Assembly: GCA_013265495.1 (NCBI GenBank)
Contig: MU061538.1
Span: 808,001 to 872,000 of the forward strand
Source of the DNA: Vicugna vicugna
Taxonomy: Eukaryota
DNA length: 64,000 nt
Direction of reading: 5' to 3'
Below are positions 24,297-37,510 of this stretch, piece after piece. The notes under the pieces are model-generated. The model did not search any database, was not told the DNA's origin, and saw only the letters and a program-made list of their open reading frames with translations. Position numbers and translations under genes: made by a program. Every line of letters begins with the position of its first letter. Positions within the stretch are counted from its first letter, which is position 1.

Positions 24297-27200
24297 CTGA
24301 AAGACAGCAGGGCAGGGGTGCGGTCAGTAGGCGTGGCCCCAGAGGAGTTTTTAAGAATCACACAAAACTGGCCGTCAATGGTGAAAAGTGACGGCTGCTG
24401 TCACACTTTCCCAAGAGGACACTCGCTTTTTTGTCACACTCAAGGCTGCTCTGGGCGTCCTGAGCATCTGACCACAGACTCAATGCAGAGACGAGAAGGT
24501 ATTTTCTCCTCCCTTCACTTAAAAACCAGCAGACATTACACACACCCCTCTGTGCTGCGACTGCTCGTCACCCACTAACGCCCACCGCTCTGGGAGACTG
24601 CGTGGGGCTCCCCGGACGTGCAGCACAACTTGTAAACAGACACTTAGGTAGTTTCCATCTCCTACGAACGACTACGCAACAAACAAGCACACGTTACGGC
24701 GTGTGGCACGGCGAGCGCGTCTGCAGGCGTCACACGCAGACCAAACACGTGACACCTCCGGAGACGCTGGTCCTCTGAGGCCACAAACGACCAGACAGGC
24801 TCTCAGACACGAACCTCAGCAGACACAGGGTGTGACTCACACGCCTCCCTCCCAGAGGAGCCCCACCAGGGCCTCGGCCTGCCAACTCTGGGGCCTGGCG
24901 AGCTCACGGCGGAGGCCGGGCTGCTTAAACATCCTCACAGAGAATGGGCCCAGCGCCGGCGCCTGGCGACAGGCGGGAACCAGGAGCCACCGGCGGGGCG
25001 CGCTTCCTGCTGAGAGCCGTGATGGCAGGACAGAGGCTTCAAGTACCAACATGAAAGCCGGTCTCAGCAGCGCTCCCTGCTGACAGTGGGGACTGCCAAC
25101 ACTTCTCCAAGCTCCACCTGCCCCTGGGGGGCAGCCTGGCAGGAAGGTGAGGGGCTCACACACATGAGACCCTTAGCACGGCCTCGACTTCTAGGACCGC
25201 ATCCCGAGACGACACTTGGAGCCGTGGCTGATGGTTTAGGTACCAGGGTGCTTGCTGCACTGTTAGGAGGGAACAGCTGTAAACAACTAACAAAAAAGCA
25301 GTAAGTAAAGGAGGCAAACTCACATAATGGGACATTATGGAGTTGATCAAAGATACTTCAGAGGCGATTTAACTTTCAGAAAAGTGATGTTGGTGTGATG
25401 CGGAGTGAAAGCCGCCACCTGTAAAGCAACACAACACAGCTGAAGCTACGTTTTAAAATGACGCGCATCTGTCCAAGCCTGCGCCCACACGTGTGGAAAC
25501 ATGAGGTGGGCAGAATGGGCGAGTGACGGGTATTTTTCCTTCCTTACACGTAACCACAACTTCCACCTTTCTGTAACGAGAATGCTGCTCTCGCTGCAAG
25601 GAGAAAGCCGGACACAAAGACCCCCCGCTAAGCACCACGGAGGAAGGCAGAGGACAGGACCGAGCAGGGGCCCGACGGGGCCCCCAGCTGGCCGAGCTCT
25701 CTCGGCTGGATCTGGCTCCATCTGCCGGCTGAGCTCAGCACGTGACGTGTGACGTGGCAAGACCGGGCGCGAGCACAGCCCGCGAAATGCTGAGTAAGAA
25801 CACGGTGCTTCCTGTCAAAGTCCACGCGATCGACGTGCACGTGACACGTGCTCAAAAGCCACTGCTTTTCCTCCCTAATGTAGTTTACATGCTACTTTAA
25901 ATCTCTCATTAAAACGTCAGAGCAGGAACCAAAAGAAACAGAAAGAACATGTACTACTTATCATTTAGCGTTCTAGGTACTCTGGGGGCAAGAATTTCCC
26001 ACACACTTGAATGTGCTAAAATAAAAACATCACATTTTTGAACCAGAAAAGGACTTCTGAAGGCAGGTCAGTGAGGGCTGGATACGTGACCGGTAAATGG
26101 AAAGTCTGAAATACATTTTGCAGTCAAACACCACATTTTAGTGTTTCTTTCATGTTAATTGAATTTCCTACTTGGAGTCTTAAAAGTTAAAAAAAATGAA
26201 GTTCTGCATTGAAATCAGAATCAAGAGCACCGTCCGTGCACCATTAAACAGAGAGCAACAGGAATTTGCATTAATTCAGTGAGGAACTCAGGGATTCATT
26301 CTGTGGCCTGATGGCGACTTCACCATTTCCTACAGCACTTTAATGATTTTTTTGTCTGTAACAACCACACTCATTAAACACATTAAACTTTAATCGGCTT
26401 TAGAGATGAGCCTCTGCTCCAGTCGCCCGGCAGGAAGGGGTTTCACAGCTTGTACGAGCTGCGCTCCTGCCACTGCTACTCACAGGACTCCAGCGAAAAG
26501 CGCCCTGTCCTATCAAGCCTGAATCCCGTCGGCCCTCTCCCAGGCCCGCGGAGCTAACTAGAAAGCAAGCGCCTTACGGTGATCTCCCCAAATCCGGAGC
26601 CTAATGACAACTGCAAAAGCATCTGGAAAACTCCTAAATACATTTCACATTTGACATGTTTTAGGTCATTGAAAAAAAATCTAAAATAGGAAGACTGTCT
26701 CATGGTCCCCAAAACATACTTTCCACCGTGTGGCGGTAACTCGATTCTGATTACATGGGGATCGTCACCAGGGGACCAGAGGACCGTCACTGCAACTCGG
26801 TTTGGGGTCTCAGAGCTACTGGAAGTCCCTCCACTTTTCCCACTGGCTGCCAGAGTCTAGAGCCCACCCCTTCCGGCAAGGCTCCTGGCTCCCACCTCAG
26901 CAAACACCCCGCACCACTAACGAGCGAGGAGCCGGCAGAAGCCTCCGCGTCCCCCACTCGGTTTCAACGGACAAGGTGTTCCAAACTTCCCTTTTTGAAA
27001 CTAGGCGCTTAATTTTATTACTTCCAGCTTTGGTGTAGTTTTGAAACTGTAAGATACTAGAAGCTTCATCTCTTATAATACATGTTACTGATAAAATTGC
27101 CCAATCATATCAAAAGCTTAGCATGTAAGAGTTCAGTTCACACGACTGCTTCCGTCACTGGCCGATGGCGCCTTTCACCAGCCCCACTTACTGCCGGCGC

Positions 27201-28229
27201 TGGCCCAGCTCACCTGCGTCCTCCTGCTCTTCAGATCTGACTTGGCGAGGCTGCTTGACTTCACTACACGCCCAAGAGCAGCCAGAAAGCAAAGACGTGT
27301 TTCTTGCAGGTTGATGGCTGCCCACTTTTCACTAGACTCACAGAGGCCAATGTTCATGTTCGGTTTCATGGGCCAGCGCTCAGAACTATGAAGTAGACCC
27401 GCCTACTTCTCTGGGAGGAGGGGGATGACCCAGCAAGCCAGGGCACCACCAACCCGTCCTGAGTCTCCGTGCTCAGGTGTGGTGCTCTGTACACAGCAGT
27501 TTTTTCTGGCCCAGTCTGACCCCTCCTTCTAACAGATGAGCTGATTCTGGGCGTGGTCACTGCTGCCACAGTTCTGCCTGCCCCTGGTTCTGTGTTTTCT
27601 ACTTTACGACAGCACTTTTGATAGCTGCATTAAGCTACTGATGTCAATTTCTAAGAACATGATAATTGAGGTGTAATTTACACACTGTAAGAATTGCCCA
27701 TGTAAACGTACAACTCAAGGAATTCAATAAATTCAGTTTCAGAATGTTGCCATTTCTCCTAAAGCGCCCTGTTTCTGCCTCAGCCCTGGGCAACCACTGG
27801 CCTCATGTCTCTGGGCACCTGCATTTTAAAGACATTTCATGTGCGGGAAGCCACATAATTCACAGGCTGTGCGCTGTGCACGTCTTCACTCGGCGTAAGG
27901 TCTCCAACCTCCACACAGGCAGAGTGCGTAACAGTAACGCGTTCCTTTCATTTCTGAACGTACCCCACTGTGTGGACCCACTTCCAGCGGGGGACAGCTG
28001 GACTGACTGTCTCTGGCCGTCACTGGCAACACTGGTCTGAACACTCGCGTGAGCGCGGTGTGCACGTGTGCTGCCTGTCATCTGACTGAGGACATTCATT
28101 CTCAGGACAACGGGCCTGCACCTGCTGAAAGCGTCACAGACAGACTGGAGGAACCAGCGGGTGGTCTCGGGCTGGACTCCGCTCGGGGAATGGGGTTCTA
28201 CGAAGGACACTGTGGGACAGCTGGGGTCA

Positions 28230-28398
28230 CTGCAGTGGGCCTCAGACACCCAAGGGGCAGGTTCAGACGGGAGGGTTGGGCCTGCTCCCCGAGTTGGTTC
28301 TGTAGGAGTGACAGGGGGAGGCCTGAGAACGTTCACTTCTAACGTGTTCTCAGGTGAAGCTGCAGCTGCCAGTCTCAGGACCACACTCTGGAAACCAC
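28230..28398. mobile_element. MER5A-like DNA transposon relic
   Basis: ggcctgagaacgttcacttctaacgtgttctcaggtgaagctg...ggaccacactctggaaaccac. Confidence 0.65.
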
Positions 28399-29333
28399 AG
28401 GATGAGACACACTGCACAGGCCTTATTTGCAGCCCAAGCTGCGGTTATGTGTGTGGTGATGCGAGAAGCGTGCAGAACACCAGGCCTTCAACTTACTCCC
28501 AAATGATTCAGAAAACAAACGTGCAGAAGAGAACGATAAAACAAACGCGGCAAAACGCTAACAATTGGTCAACATGGGTTAAGACGGTCACTGTCCAATT
28601 CCTGCAACCTCTCTATACATTTAAAACCATTTCAAAGTAAAAAGTTAAAGAACTGATACACGCCTCGCCAATCCAAGGTTCCTGGAAGGTGAATGCCTCT
28701 CTGCAAGCTTCACAGGCACAAGAACAGACGACGCTTATCTGAGTCGACACCACCGTCCTACAGGCACTGAGTGTCTCTCTGAACTGTTACTAAAGCTCTA
28801 TTTAAATTACCAGAATAAAGGAAACACTAACTGTCCCTTGACCAGTTTTAACTGCTAAAGATATTAAGCCACATCATGAGGTCAAGACTCAGCTGTCAGA
28901 AATGGTTTGCTAAGGCTAGGTAACACAAAGTAAGTAACAGGAACCACCAGGGAGAAACATACTTGTGTTCACACATCACGCTTACCAAACACACGTCATC
29001 ACTTGTAGCCTGTGTTTTCTTCAGTTCTGAAGTAAAAATGGCCTAAGATGCAGACAGACTTCTGAGGCTGACAAAGTCCACTTCAGACAGCCCACCCGGC
29101 TGCAGTCCCCGTCCGTTCACAGGCCACCCCCACAGCCACAGGAGAACACGGTGGATGTGCTCAGAACACCCACCACTAAACCGGCACCAGGTACACAGAC
29201 AACAGCCAACACTTCACTGACCAAGCTGAAGTGGTCAGCATCGTAAGTCGCAGTCACGCACGACGACGGGGTACACAAGCGCGACACGCTGGGAGCGTGT
29301 GTGCAGCTTCCTTCGACCCCCCAGCCCCCCTAC

Positions 29334-29464
29334 CTTGAAGCCCAGCAGGGGGGGCCGGGAGCAGCTCGTCACGAACTTGAGCAGCTTGCGTTTCTCGGCG
29401 TCCGTGAACCCCTCCACAACTCTCCAGAAGACTCTGATCACGGGGTGGTCGGCGGAGTAGCCTC
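29334..29464 (-). CDS. UBE3C: UBE3C coding exon (~22), HECT C-lobe
   Basis: (G)[43 protein letters not shown]; tcacag acceptor, gtaggg donor; 131 nt. Confidence 0.96.
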
Positions 29465-32131
29465 CTGTGACAAAGGGAAGAGATGTCTGAGGACAAGCAG
29501 GGGACCAAAGTCCGGCTCTCCCGAGGGCGCCCGGGCACGAGCCACAGGAGCGGCCGCGGGCTGTGCGGGTCGCGGGGACCACAGCCGCCATTCCGTCCTG
29601 GGAGGGGACGGGAGCCTCAGAAGGACAGGCACCAGAGGCCAGAGCAAGGAACCAGGCCTGTGGCTCCTGCTGCTGGCGCATGGGGCCCGAGAGCTGGGAG
29701 CCCGCGGGGCGCGTGCCCCGGCCTCTGCTGGGCAGCACAGGCCCAGGCCCAGCAGCGGAGGGTTCACGGGCCGGTCACACGCCTGACGACGCAGGCGCAC
29801 TAGGAGCTTTGTTTTTAATAGGGCTTGCTGCTTTGCCAACAAATCTCAGTATCTAAATTCCTTTTATCAGCCGGCCTTCTGACAGTTAAGGCACAGACCA
29901 CGTCTACCCGGCAGCCCAGTCCACGATTAGACCACTGTCCTGAAGTGTAATGTCTGCTACTTACAGCTTTTAATCTAGTTAAGTGCTTCCTAAAACTGAA
30001 ATAATTGCCATATATTGTTCCCTCATTGATAATATACTCCAGAAATAACATCAATAAAATACCTTAAGTGCATTAATTGGCACCAAAATGAATATGGTAA
30101 TATTTTAAACCTATTTACTGGAATAGCTAAGGTCACTAAAGGTACACGTTCCCAGTGCAGACAGGACAAAGCAAACTGCCCAAGACAGCTTCTTGGCGAA
30201 GGGAAGGCTGGACTGATTCCACTTCTTAAACCTGAGACTTGACGGAGGACAACGTGACCTGAGGTGTCACTTGCCTTTACACGTGCATCAGAGCCCAGAC
30301 TGGCAGCAACACAAACTGCAGAAGCGGAGACGCATGCACACACGCACACACACGTAAGCAACCAACGCCTCAACCCACTTACAGAACATTTCCACTTCCT
30401 CAAAAAAATCCCACGTCCACGCCTCCGACAACCACAGCCGCTCTGTGCCTAAGTGTGCTCTCAAAGAGGTTTCGACTGAAGGAAACTAGGCCCATACGCT
30501 GCGTGGGCAGTGCCCACTGGGGCCACACCCAGCATCTAAGCAGAACGGCCCTGCAGGGAAGGCTGGGAGGAGACTCAATGCAACAGGGGGTCTGGAGAGG
30601 TTTCCCTTTTAAATTGGGGTAAAACATGTAACACAGAATTTTGCACGGAAGCCATTTTCAGGTGCATAATCCAGAGCATTAGCTACATTCACACTGTTGT
30701 GCAACCATTTCTGCTGTTTTCAACCCAAACATTTTCTTCACCCCAGCAGAAACCCTGTGACCACTAAGCAGTAGGTCCCCTCCCTCTCCCCAGGCCCTGG
30801 TGACTCAGTGGCTAGTAATCTGCCTGTTCTAGGCATTTCACATGAGGTGAACCACACAATCTATGTCCCTTTGTGTCTGGCTCACTGCACTCGGCATCAT
30901 GTTTTCAAGAGCCACCTGTGTTGCAGCCTGTATCTGAACGTCACTCCTTTTTAAGACTCAGTAACATTCCGCTGCATGCTCACGACACACTTGTCCAGCC
31001 ATTCACCTGCAGATGGACACGCGGGTGTCCCACCTCCTGGCTACTGGGAACACAGTCTCGGTCTCCGGCTCCAGTTCCTCTGGGCACAGACTCAGGAGCA
31101 GGGCTGCGGGGCTATACAGTAATTCCACGTCCAGCTTTTTGGGGAACTGCCAAACCACCTTCCACAGGGGCTGTCTGACAACCCCAGCAGCAACGAAGGG
31201 GGGCTCCAATCCCCCTGCATCCTTGCCAGCACCAGTCACTGTCTGTGTGTGTCCGTGTGTGTAGGGACAGCCGCCCTACCACCCACGACCTGCTCCGCGG
31301 TCAGCGGTGCCGAGCGTGCGTCTGGGCGCACTGGCCACGTCACCTTCCCGGGAGAAAGGCCCACGCCCGTCCTCTGCCCCCCGGAAGCGGCTCGCGGCCT
31401 TCCTGCTGGCCCGCGGGCCTTCACGTGCTCTGGACGCCAGGCCCTTCCCAGACGCGTGGCCTCCAAGCACCTCCTCCCCTTCTGCAGGGGACCTTTCCAC
31501 TTGCTTGATTCTGCCCTTTGATGCAAAGCCTGTAATTCTGATGGCGTCCAGCTGATGTGCTGCTTCTCCTGCTGCTCCTGCCTTCAGTGTCATGTCTGAG
31601 AACCCACTGCCAAGCCCAAGGCCACGAGGACGTGTCCCTGCGTTCTCCCAGGAGCTTCAGGGGTGAGAGTTCTTGATCCATTTCGAGTTAATTTTTGTGT
31701 ACGGTGTGAGGTGAGGGTGGAGCTTCATTCTTTTGCAAAAACCCCGCTGTTCTACAATTAACTTTGTAAGCAACTGTAAACTTTCCCGAAGAGGTTCCAC
31801 CATTGCACGCTGCCACCAGTCGAGAGGGTCCACGTTTTTTCACAGAGTAACACTGGGTACTGTCTGCCTTTCTGTAACATTCCAGTGGGTGAGTAGTGGT
31901 ATCTCACGGGGATTTAACTTGCATTTCCTTAACGACTATTGGTGTCAAGCGTCTGTTCACGTGCTTACTCTTGTTTGCTTACCAGACATTCTTGTATATC
32001 TTCTGAAGTGAAACTTTTTTTTTTGCATATGTTTTAAAATTTTGGTTGTCTTATTACTGAGCTGCAAAAGTTCTTTATATAGCCTGGACCCAGGCCATTA
32101 TGAGACGTATTACTTGAAAATATTTTCTCTT

Positions 32132-32703
32132 TTTTTTTTNNNNNNNNNNNNNNNNNNNNNNNNNNNNNNNNNNNNNNNNNNNNNNNNNNNNNNNNNNNNN
32201 NNNNNNNNNNNNNNNNNNNNNNNNNNNNNNNNNNNNNNNNNNNNNNNNNNNNNNNNNNNNNNNNNNNNNNNNNNNNNNNNNNNNNNNNNNNNNNNNNNNN
32301 NNNNNNNNNNNNNNNNNNNNNNNNNNNNNNNNNNNNNNNNNNNNNNNNNNNNNNNNNNNNNNNNNNNNNNNNNNNNNNNNNNNNNNNNNNNNNNNNNNNN
32401 NNNNNNNNNNNNNNNNNNNNNNNNNNNNNNNNNNNNNNNNNNNNNNNGTTTTTATGGCTGAGTAGTATTCCATTGTATAAATATACCACCTCTTCTTTAT
32501 CCACTCACCTGTTGATGGACATTTACGCTGTTTCCATGTTTTGGCTATTGTAAATAGTGCTGCTATGAACATTGGAGTGCAGGTGTCATCCTGAAGTAGA
32601 TTTCCTTCTGGATACAAGCCCAGGAGTGGGATTCCTGGGTCACATGGTAAGTCTATTCCTAGTCTTTTGAGGAATCTCCACACTGTTTTCCATAGTGGCT
32701 GCA
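32132..32703 (-). mobile_element. Young 5'-truncated L1 with 16-bp TSD
   Basis: Translates as the L1 ORF2 C-terminus (WRFLKRLGIDLPCDPGIPLLGLYP...CTPMFIAALFTIAKTWKQ...WIKKRWYIYTMEYYSAIK); TSD GAAAATATTTTCTCTT at 32116-32131 and 32704-32719; poly(A) tail abuts the gap. Confidence 0.9.
32140..32447. other. Assembly gap (308 N)
   Basis: Run of N. Confidence 1.
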
Positions 32704-33220
32704 GAAAATATTTTCTCTTAATCTGTGCCTTGTTTTTTCTTCCTCTTAATGGTATCTTTTGAAGTACAGAAGCTTTAATTTTGAGGAAGTCCCATTTTCT
32801 ATCAATTTTTTTTCTGGATCACGCTTTTGGCATACAACTAAAAACTCTGCCCAATCCAAAAGTCATGAAGATTTCCTCCAGGAAGTTCTTTTGGAAGTTT
32901 TGCAGTTTCGGCTTTGCCTCCAAGTCTCTGATCCTGTTGGATTCATTTCTGCACATCTAAGCTCATTCTCTTCCACGTGCACGTGCACACTGTCCCAGCA
33001 CCACTGAACTGTGACGTCGCGCGTCAATTAAGTGTGGCCCCCAGGGTGTGTCTCTGAGCCCCCCATTATGTCCATCCGTCAACATGCCGCTCTTTGTACC
33101 AATTTCAGTGTCTGGATTATTGGCTTTATAGCAAGTTTTAAAACAGAGCAACAGTCCTTCAACTTTGTTTCTACAAAATTGTTTTGGCTATTTTAGGTCG
33201 TTTACATCTCCATATAAATA

Positions 33221-33318
33221 TGTTTATTTATTTATTTTAATAGAGGCACTGGGGATTGAACCCAGGACCTCGGACATGCTAAGCACATGCTCCACACTGA
33301 GCTATAACCCCACCCCCC
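33221..33318 (-). mobile_element. Vic-1-like SINE
   Basis: ctggggattgaacccaggacctcggacatgctaagcacatgctccacactgagctata on +; (ttta)n tail. Confidence 0.85.
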
Positions 33319-33792
33319 TATTTAAAAAACTGGACACTTAAATGTCTTCCTCTTAGTCTTTCATCTTCTTAAAGAGCAGAAGCAGCCAAGTTTAATTTAA
33401 TCAAATACAAGTATTTCTATGTGGTTCAGTCTGCAGTTTTCTCTTTTATTGTCAGTGGGGGTTTCTTGCTATCACTTCTTTTTAAAAGCAAAGACCTGAA
33501 GCAACCCAATGCCCCAAAGTAGAGACTTAAGAGGACAAGCTGTGAAGAGAAAAAAGCAAAATGCAGAACAGTGCACACACAGCAGGAAGATAAGGGGCAA
33601 GCATGTGTCTGTGTGTGGCACATGGTGGGCACGGGTGGGGAGGGACGCAACCGCAGGAAACAGGACATGGAGGGGGACGCTCACCGTTCACCTCGCTGCA
33701 CAGTCTGGGTTTTAAACCATGTCAGTGAATCGATCACCTGGACACACAACCACCTGCAGCATTTTCAGAAGCAGCCAGCAAGGGCAGCGTAC

Positions 33793-33859
33793 CTGAGTAG
33801 TTCGTGAAGGACTTCAGGTCCTCCAGGCTTATGGGGACTTGCGCACCAGAAATCAACAC
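33793..33859 (-). CDS. UBE3C: UBE3C coding exon (~21), HECT
   Basis: VLISGAQVPISLEDLKSFTNYS+G; ttttccag acceptor, gtacgc donor; 67 nt. Confidence 0.95.
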
Positions 33860-33935
33860 CTGGAAAAGAGATTTCAGGTCATAAACTCCGAGGCAGGTGT
33901 TCCGCAGCCTCCGTCCCCGAGCGTGAGGAGCGCAC

Positions 33936-34124
33936 CTGAATCTCCTGCTGGTCAAACATGCGCAGCCACTCCAGACTGACCACGTTGGCCAGGCCCTGCC
34001 GGAAGGCCAGGCAGTGCTGGCGGATCTGCCGGTTCAGCCTGTAGTCGGCCACCAGATGGATGTACGCAATCCGGTTGGCGCTGGTCACAGGGATGTCCTT
34101 CCCGCCCAGCTTCAGCTCCACCAC
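33936..34124 (-). CDS. UBE3C: UBE3C coding exon (~20), HECT
   Basis: VVELKLGGKDIPVTSANRIAYIHLVADYRLNRQIRQHCLAFRQGLANVVSLEWLRMFDQQEIQ; tcccag acceptor, gtgcgc donor; 189 nt. Confidence 0.96.
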
Positions 34125-37029
34125 CTGGGAGATTAAAGCAGAGCCAAAGTTCGGGTAAACAAAAGCGAGAAACAACTAGGTCACGGCAACCCCGCGGGGC
34201 TGCTCCACACACGAGCGCCTTGGTAGGCAGCAGCCGCACAGACGCGCCCCTGCCTGACGCTCGGGGCCGGCCCTTCACCCTGTCCGGCGGTCATCACCCA
34301 CCCAAGTGCCAAGGGACCACGCAGCAATGCAACCGCGGCAATTCCATTCAAAAAACTAGAAACCACAGAGGGCAAAGCTATGAACAGAATGCCCAACGTG
34401 AGTCAGGAGGGTTCATCTTGGAGAAGACACAGCGTGAGGCACTGAGGTGTGGTGACATGATCGCTCGCGTCTGTCCGCATCGGCGGCACCCGCTCCTCCC
34501 TGCGTTTCTGTGCTACCGCTGCAAAGCACTGTAGGTGTGATTTAAAGGGTGGTGGCGACAATCAGAAGTAATTCCTCAGCCCATGTCTCATGTGTGTAAA
34601 AGAACGAGAAAGAACTTTCTTACCACATGTAACGACCCCCACAACCTGTGGGCTAGCGTCGGGTCAGGAGTGCCCCTGGAAGCCCCCAAGTGCTGGTGGG
34701 AAGGCCCTGCGGTGCGGACGAGGGGCCCAGCCCCAGGGCCGCCCTCGAGACGTTCCCTGGGCCCTGCACGTCGTCGCTGAGACGGTGGTACTTGCTTTGC
34801 CTCTCTTGGAACTGTGGTGGCAGAACCTCACGTGGACACAGCTGACCGAAGAAACCCCACAGCCACAGATGTGCGAGCCTAACTCACGGGGGCGCGCCTG
34901 GAACTCCCCAGCCCGCTGGCACTTCAACAGCGGACTCGCGTTCTCTCCTGGGCGCACCCGCACCGGGTGAGGCACTTTACACGAGGAGAAGGAATACACA
35001 GCGCATCCCAAATAAGGGCACAAAGGCGCTCCCGAGCGCGCCAGCAAGGGGCTGCCGCGGCGCAGGGAGGGAGCGGACGAAGCCTTCCCGAGGCGCCCGC
35101 CCTCGCGCCTCTCCCAGGAGCCCTGCACTCCCAGGGCAACTGTGACACCCCCCCACCCCCGGTGACGGCATGCCCCAAGGTTTTATCACTTCACAGAAAG
35201 GCTATTTGAAAATCTGCTCGAGCCTCTACTGAAATCATCCTAGCCTGATGGTTTCGGGACCACCCGCAGTGTGTGCCAGGCGACGCGTCACTCCTCGCCA
35301 CTTCTTGTCCTGTCCTGGGTGTCAGAACCGCCCGGTCTAAGGAAGGGCTCTCGTCACCAGCCATGGCGCCGGCTGCTCTGCGCCAGTGCCTCAGCTATCA
35401 GCTATCACCCGCGCTCCTGTAAGTGGATTCAAGGCAGGGAATAGACGAGGATGTGCTGAGTGACCAGGAAGACAGAGGGCCCCTGCCTAGTCAGACAGCC
35501 CTGACACCTCCAGTGACCCGAAGCCGGCCACACCGTGGCAATCTAAAGTCCTGTCTCGGGCTACACCTAAGAAGCTACGTATGTTAAAATTGTGTCAAAT
35601 CTGTCCTAACAGTTCCGTTCTGAGGGTGTATTTAAATCTTTAAACCCGGAGCTGGAGCAGCTCTTAAAGCACGAGCTCTCCTCTCTGCCAGCCTCTGTCG
35701 ACACTTCACAGCACTTGGCAACCACAGGCCCGCCCGGGACCGCTCGCCTGGGCTCGTCGCGCTCTCCTGACAGCTCACATCCTCCCAAAGAGGAAGGGCT
35801 CCTGTGACTTGCCCAAGGTCACAGAGCAAGGCAGCCGCACCAGGCCCTGAGCCGGGTCTCCGGATCAAGTTCAGTGCTTTCCTACAGGACAGCTGATTAC
35901 TCATGGGTCCGTCTTAAACCCGAGCATCTCCTCGGGGGAGACGTGTGTGTAGATCAGTCGCCTAAAAGTCCACGTTCGTTTTCACACGCGCTAACGAGCA
36001 GCTGTATCGATTACGTGAAAGAAGACAAATCTGAGAGCAACGGCATTACTTAAAAGGGAAGATTCATGAACACAGCGTGCCCACATCATGAAGCACCTGC
36101 ACACCACAGACCTTTAAAACGTGGTATTCTGTAAACCTGAACCTGCAGAGGACCAGCTTTTTTATCTATTTCTACAGAAATCCCGTGCGATCTCCCCGAA
36201 CAAGGTTAAGTGGCTTTCGTTTTTCCAGTTAAGCTCTTCAGTGCGATTATCCTCGTGCCTCATCATCCACAGCCTCTCCGCTCAGGGGGAGCTCCCACGA
36301 CTGCCTGGGACATCTCAGCGTCACTCTGAGTCTCGCTCTGAGCGGACTACTCCAATGTGACCAGAGTCACTTTAATGGGCCTCTTACATGTGCGATTCAC
36401 TGCTACCATCTACCTCAAAAGGCACATGGAAACTCCCCGTCAGCGAAGGCCTGGGCAGGTCACTGGGAAGCCGGCGGCCTCAGGCGCGTGTGTCGCTGCC
36501 GAGCGCCGCCACGAGCAGCAGCACTGCCGCGTCCGGGGAGATTCCCTTCCGACAGCGACAATCTTGAAAAGCCCTGAGTTTTGCAGAGCTGATACTTCAG
36601 CTCTACGGGACGGAAGAAGGGGTCGAGTCGAAACCCACCAGGAGAGCTATGGCCGTGAGTGCCCCTCCTCACGCCGCGCTATGGCGCTGGTGCCCGCTCA
36701 GAGACGCCCAGCCACCGCCGAGGGGGCCCAGGAAGTACTGCTTCCTTTACTCCTATTTCGGACTTAATCAGCACCCATTCCTGAAATAGGTGGTGGCTTT
36801 GAAGTCTAAGAAACAGACTGAAAATTCAAAGCCCACGAGACGATCATTCAAAACACATCCCGGGAGCTTAGGTCCTGGGCTGCATAAGTCTTTGTGTTCT
36901 GAAGACATCACAGTGGTGCACAAACCGCAGGACGGTTGTGCAGTCCGGAGAGGAAGCCAGTGAGGACACCACACCTCCGAGCTTTCCCGAGGAGCGCTCA
37001 GGACCACAGCTCAGCGCTGCGCTTTACCT

Positions 37030-37510
37030 GCACGATGAGACAGCACTGCACGCTCAGGAGGACGGCTGTCGTTTAAAAAGAAGGACCACTGGGCTCTGGT
37101 GGGAATGTAAACAGTGCGACTGCCGCGGGAACCTGCACGGAGGCACCTCAGGGAGGTGAACACACAACAGCCACATGACCCAGTGATCCCACTTCCGGTG
37201 CCACACACAGAGCAACTGAAAACTGGGCCCAAAGAGATTCACACCACAATGTCCACGGCATCCTCATCCGTGGCAGCTGCCACAACAGTAACGCCCACAG
37301 GCAGGCGGATCCACGAACGTGGTCCATCCGCACGGTGGAACGTCAGCCAGCCGTACAAGGAAGAAGCTCTGACACCTGCCACCACGGGGACGGGCCTCGG
37401 GGTCGCGACGCCGGGTGAAGCCACCAGTCACATCAGGACAAGGGCTATGCGACTCCACCTGGGGGTGCCGAGAGCTGTCGTGGAGACAGAAAGCAGACGG
37501 CGGTGTCAGT
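37030..37510 (+). mobile_element. Old L1 fragment
   Basis: ggtgggaatgtaaacagtgc, ccacatgacccagtgatcccactt, gagacagaaagcagac. Confidence 0.6.

Larger units (their letters stand above)
30610..33215 (-). mobile_element. Old L1M fragments with a younger L1 inserted
   Basis: L1 3'UTR and ORF2 text throughout, e.g. agtggtatctcacggggatttaacttgcatttcc, ttttggctattttaggtc. Confidence 0.7.

Noticed and set aside
24030..24578. 182-aa plus-strand ORF and similar ORFs antisense to UBE3C exons (29301, 39553, 54024)
   Set aside because: Antisense shadows of GC3-rich coding exons
32034..32683. Long ORFs spanning X runs
   Set aside because: Artefacts of the N gap; only the L1 ORF2 tail is real
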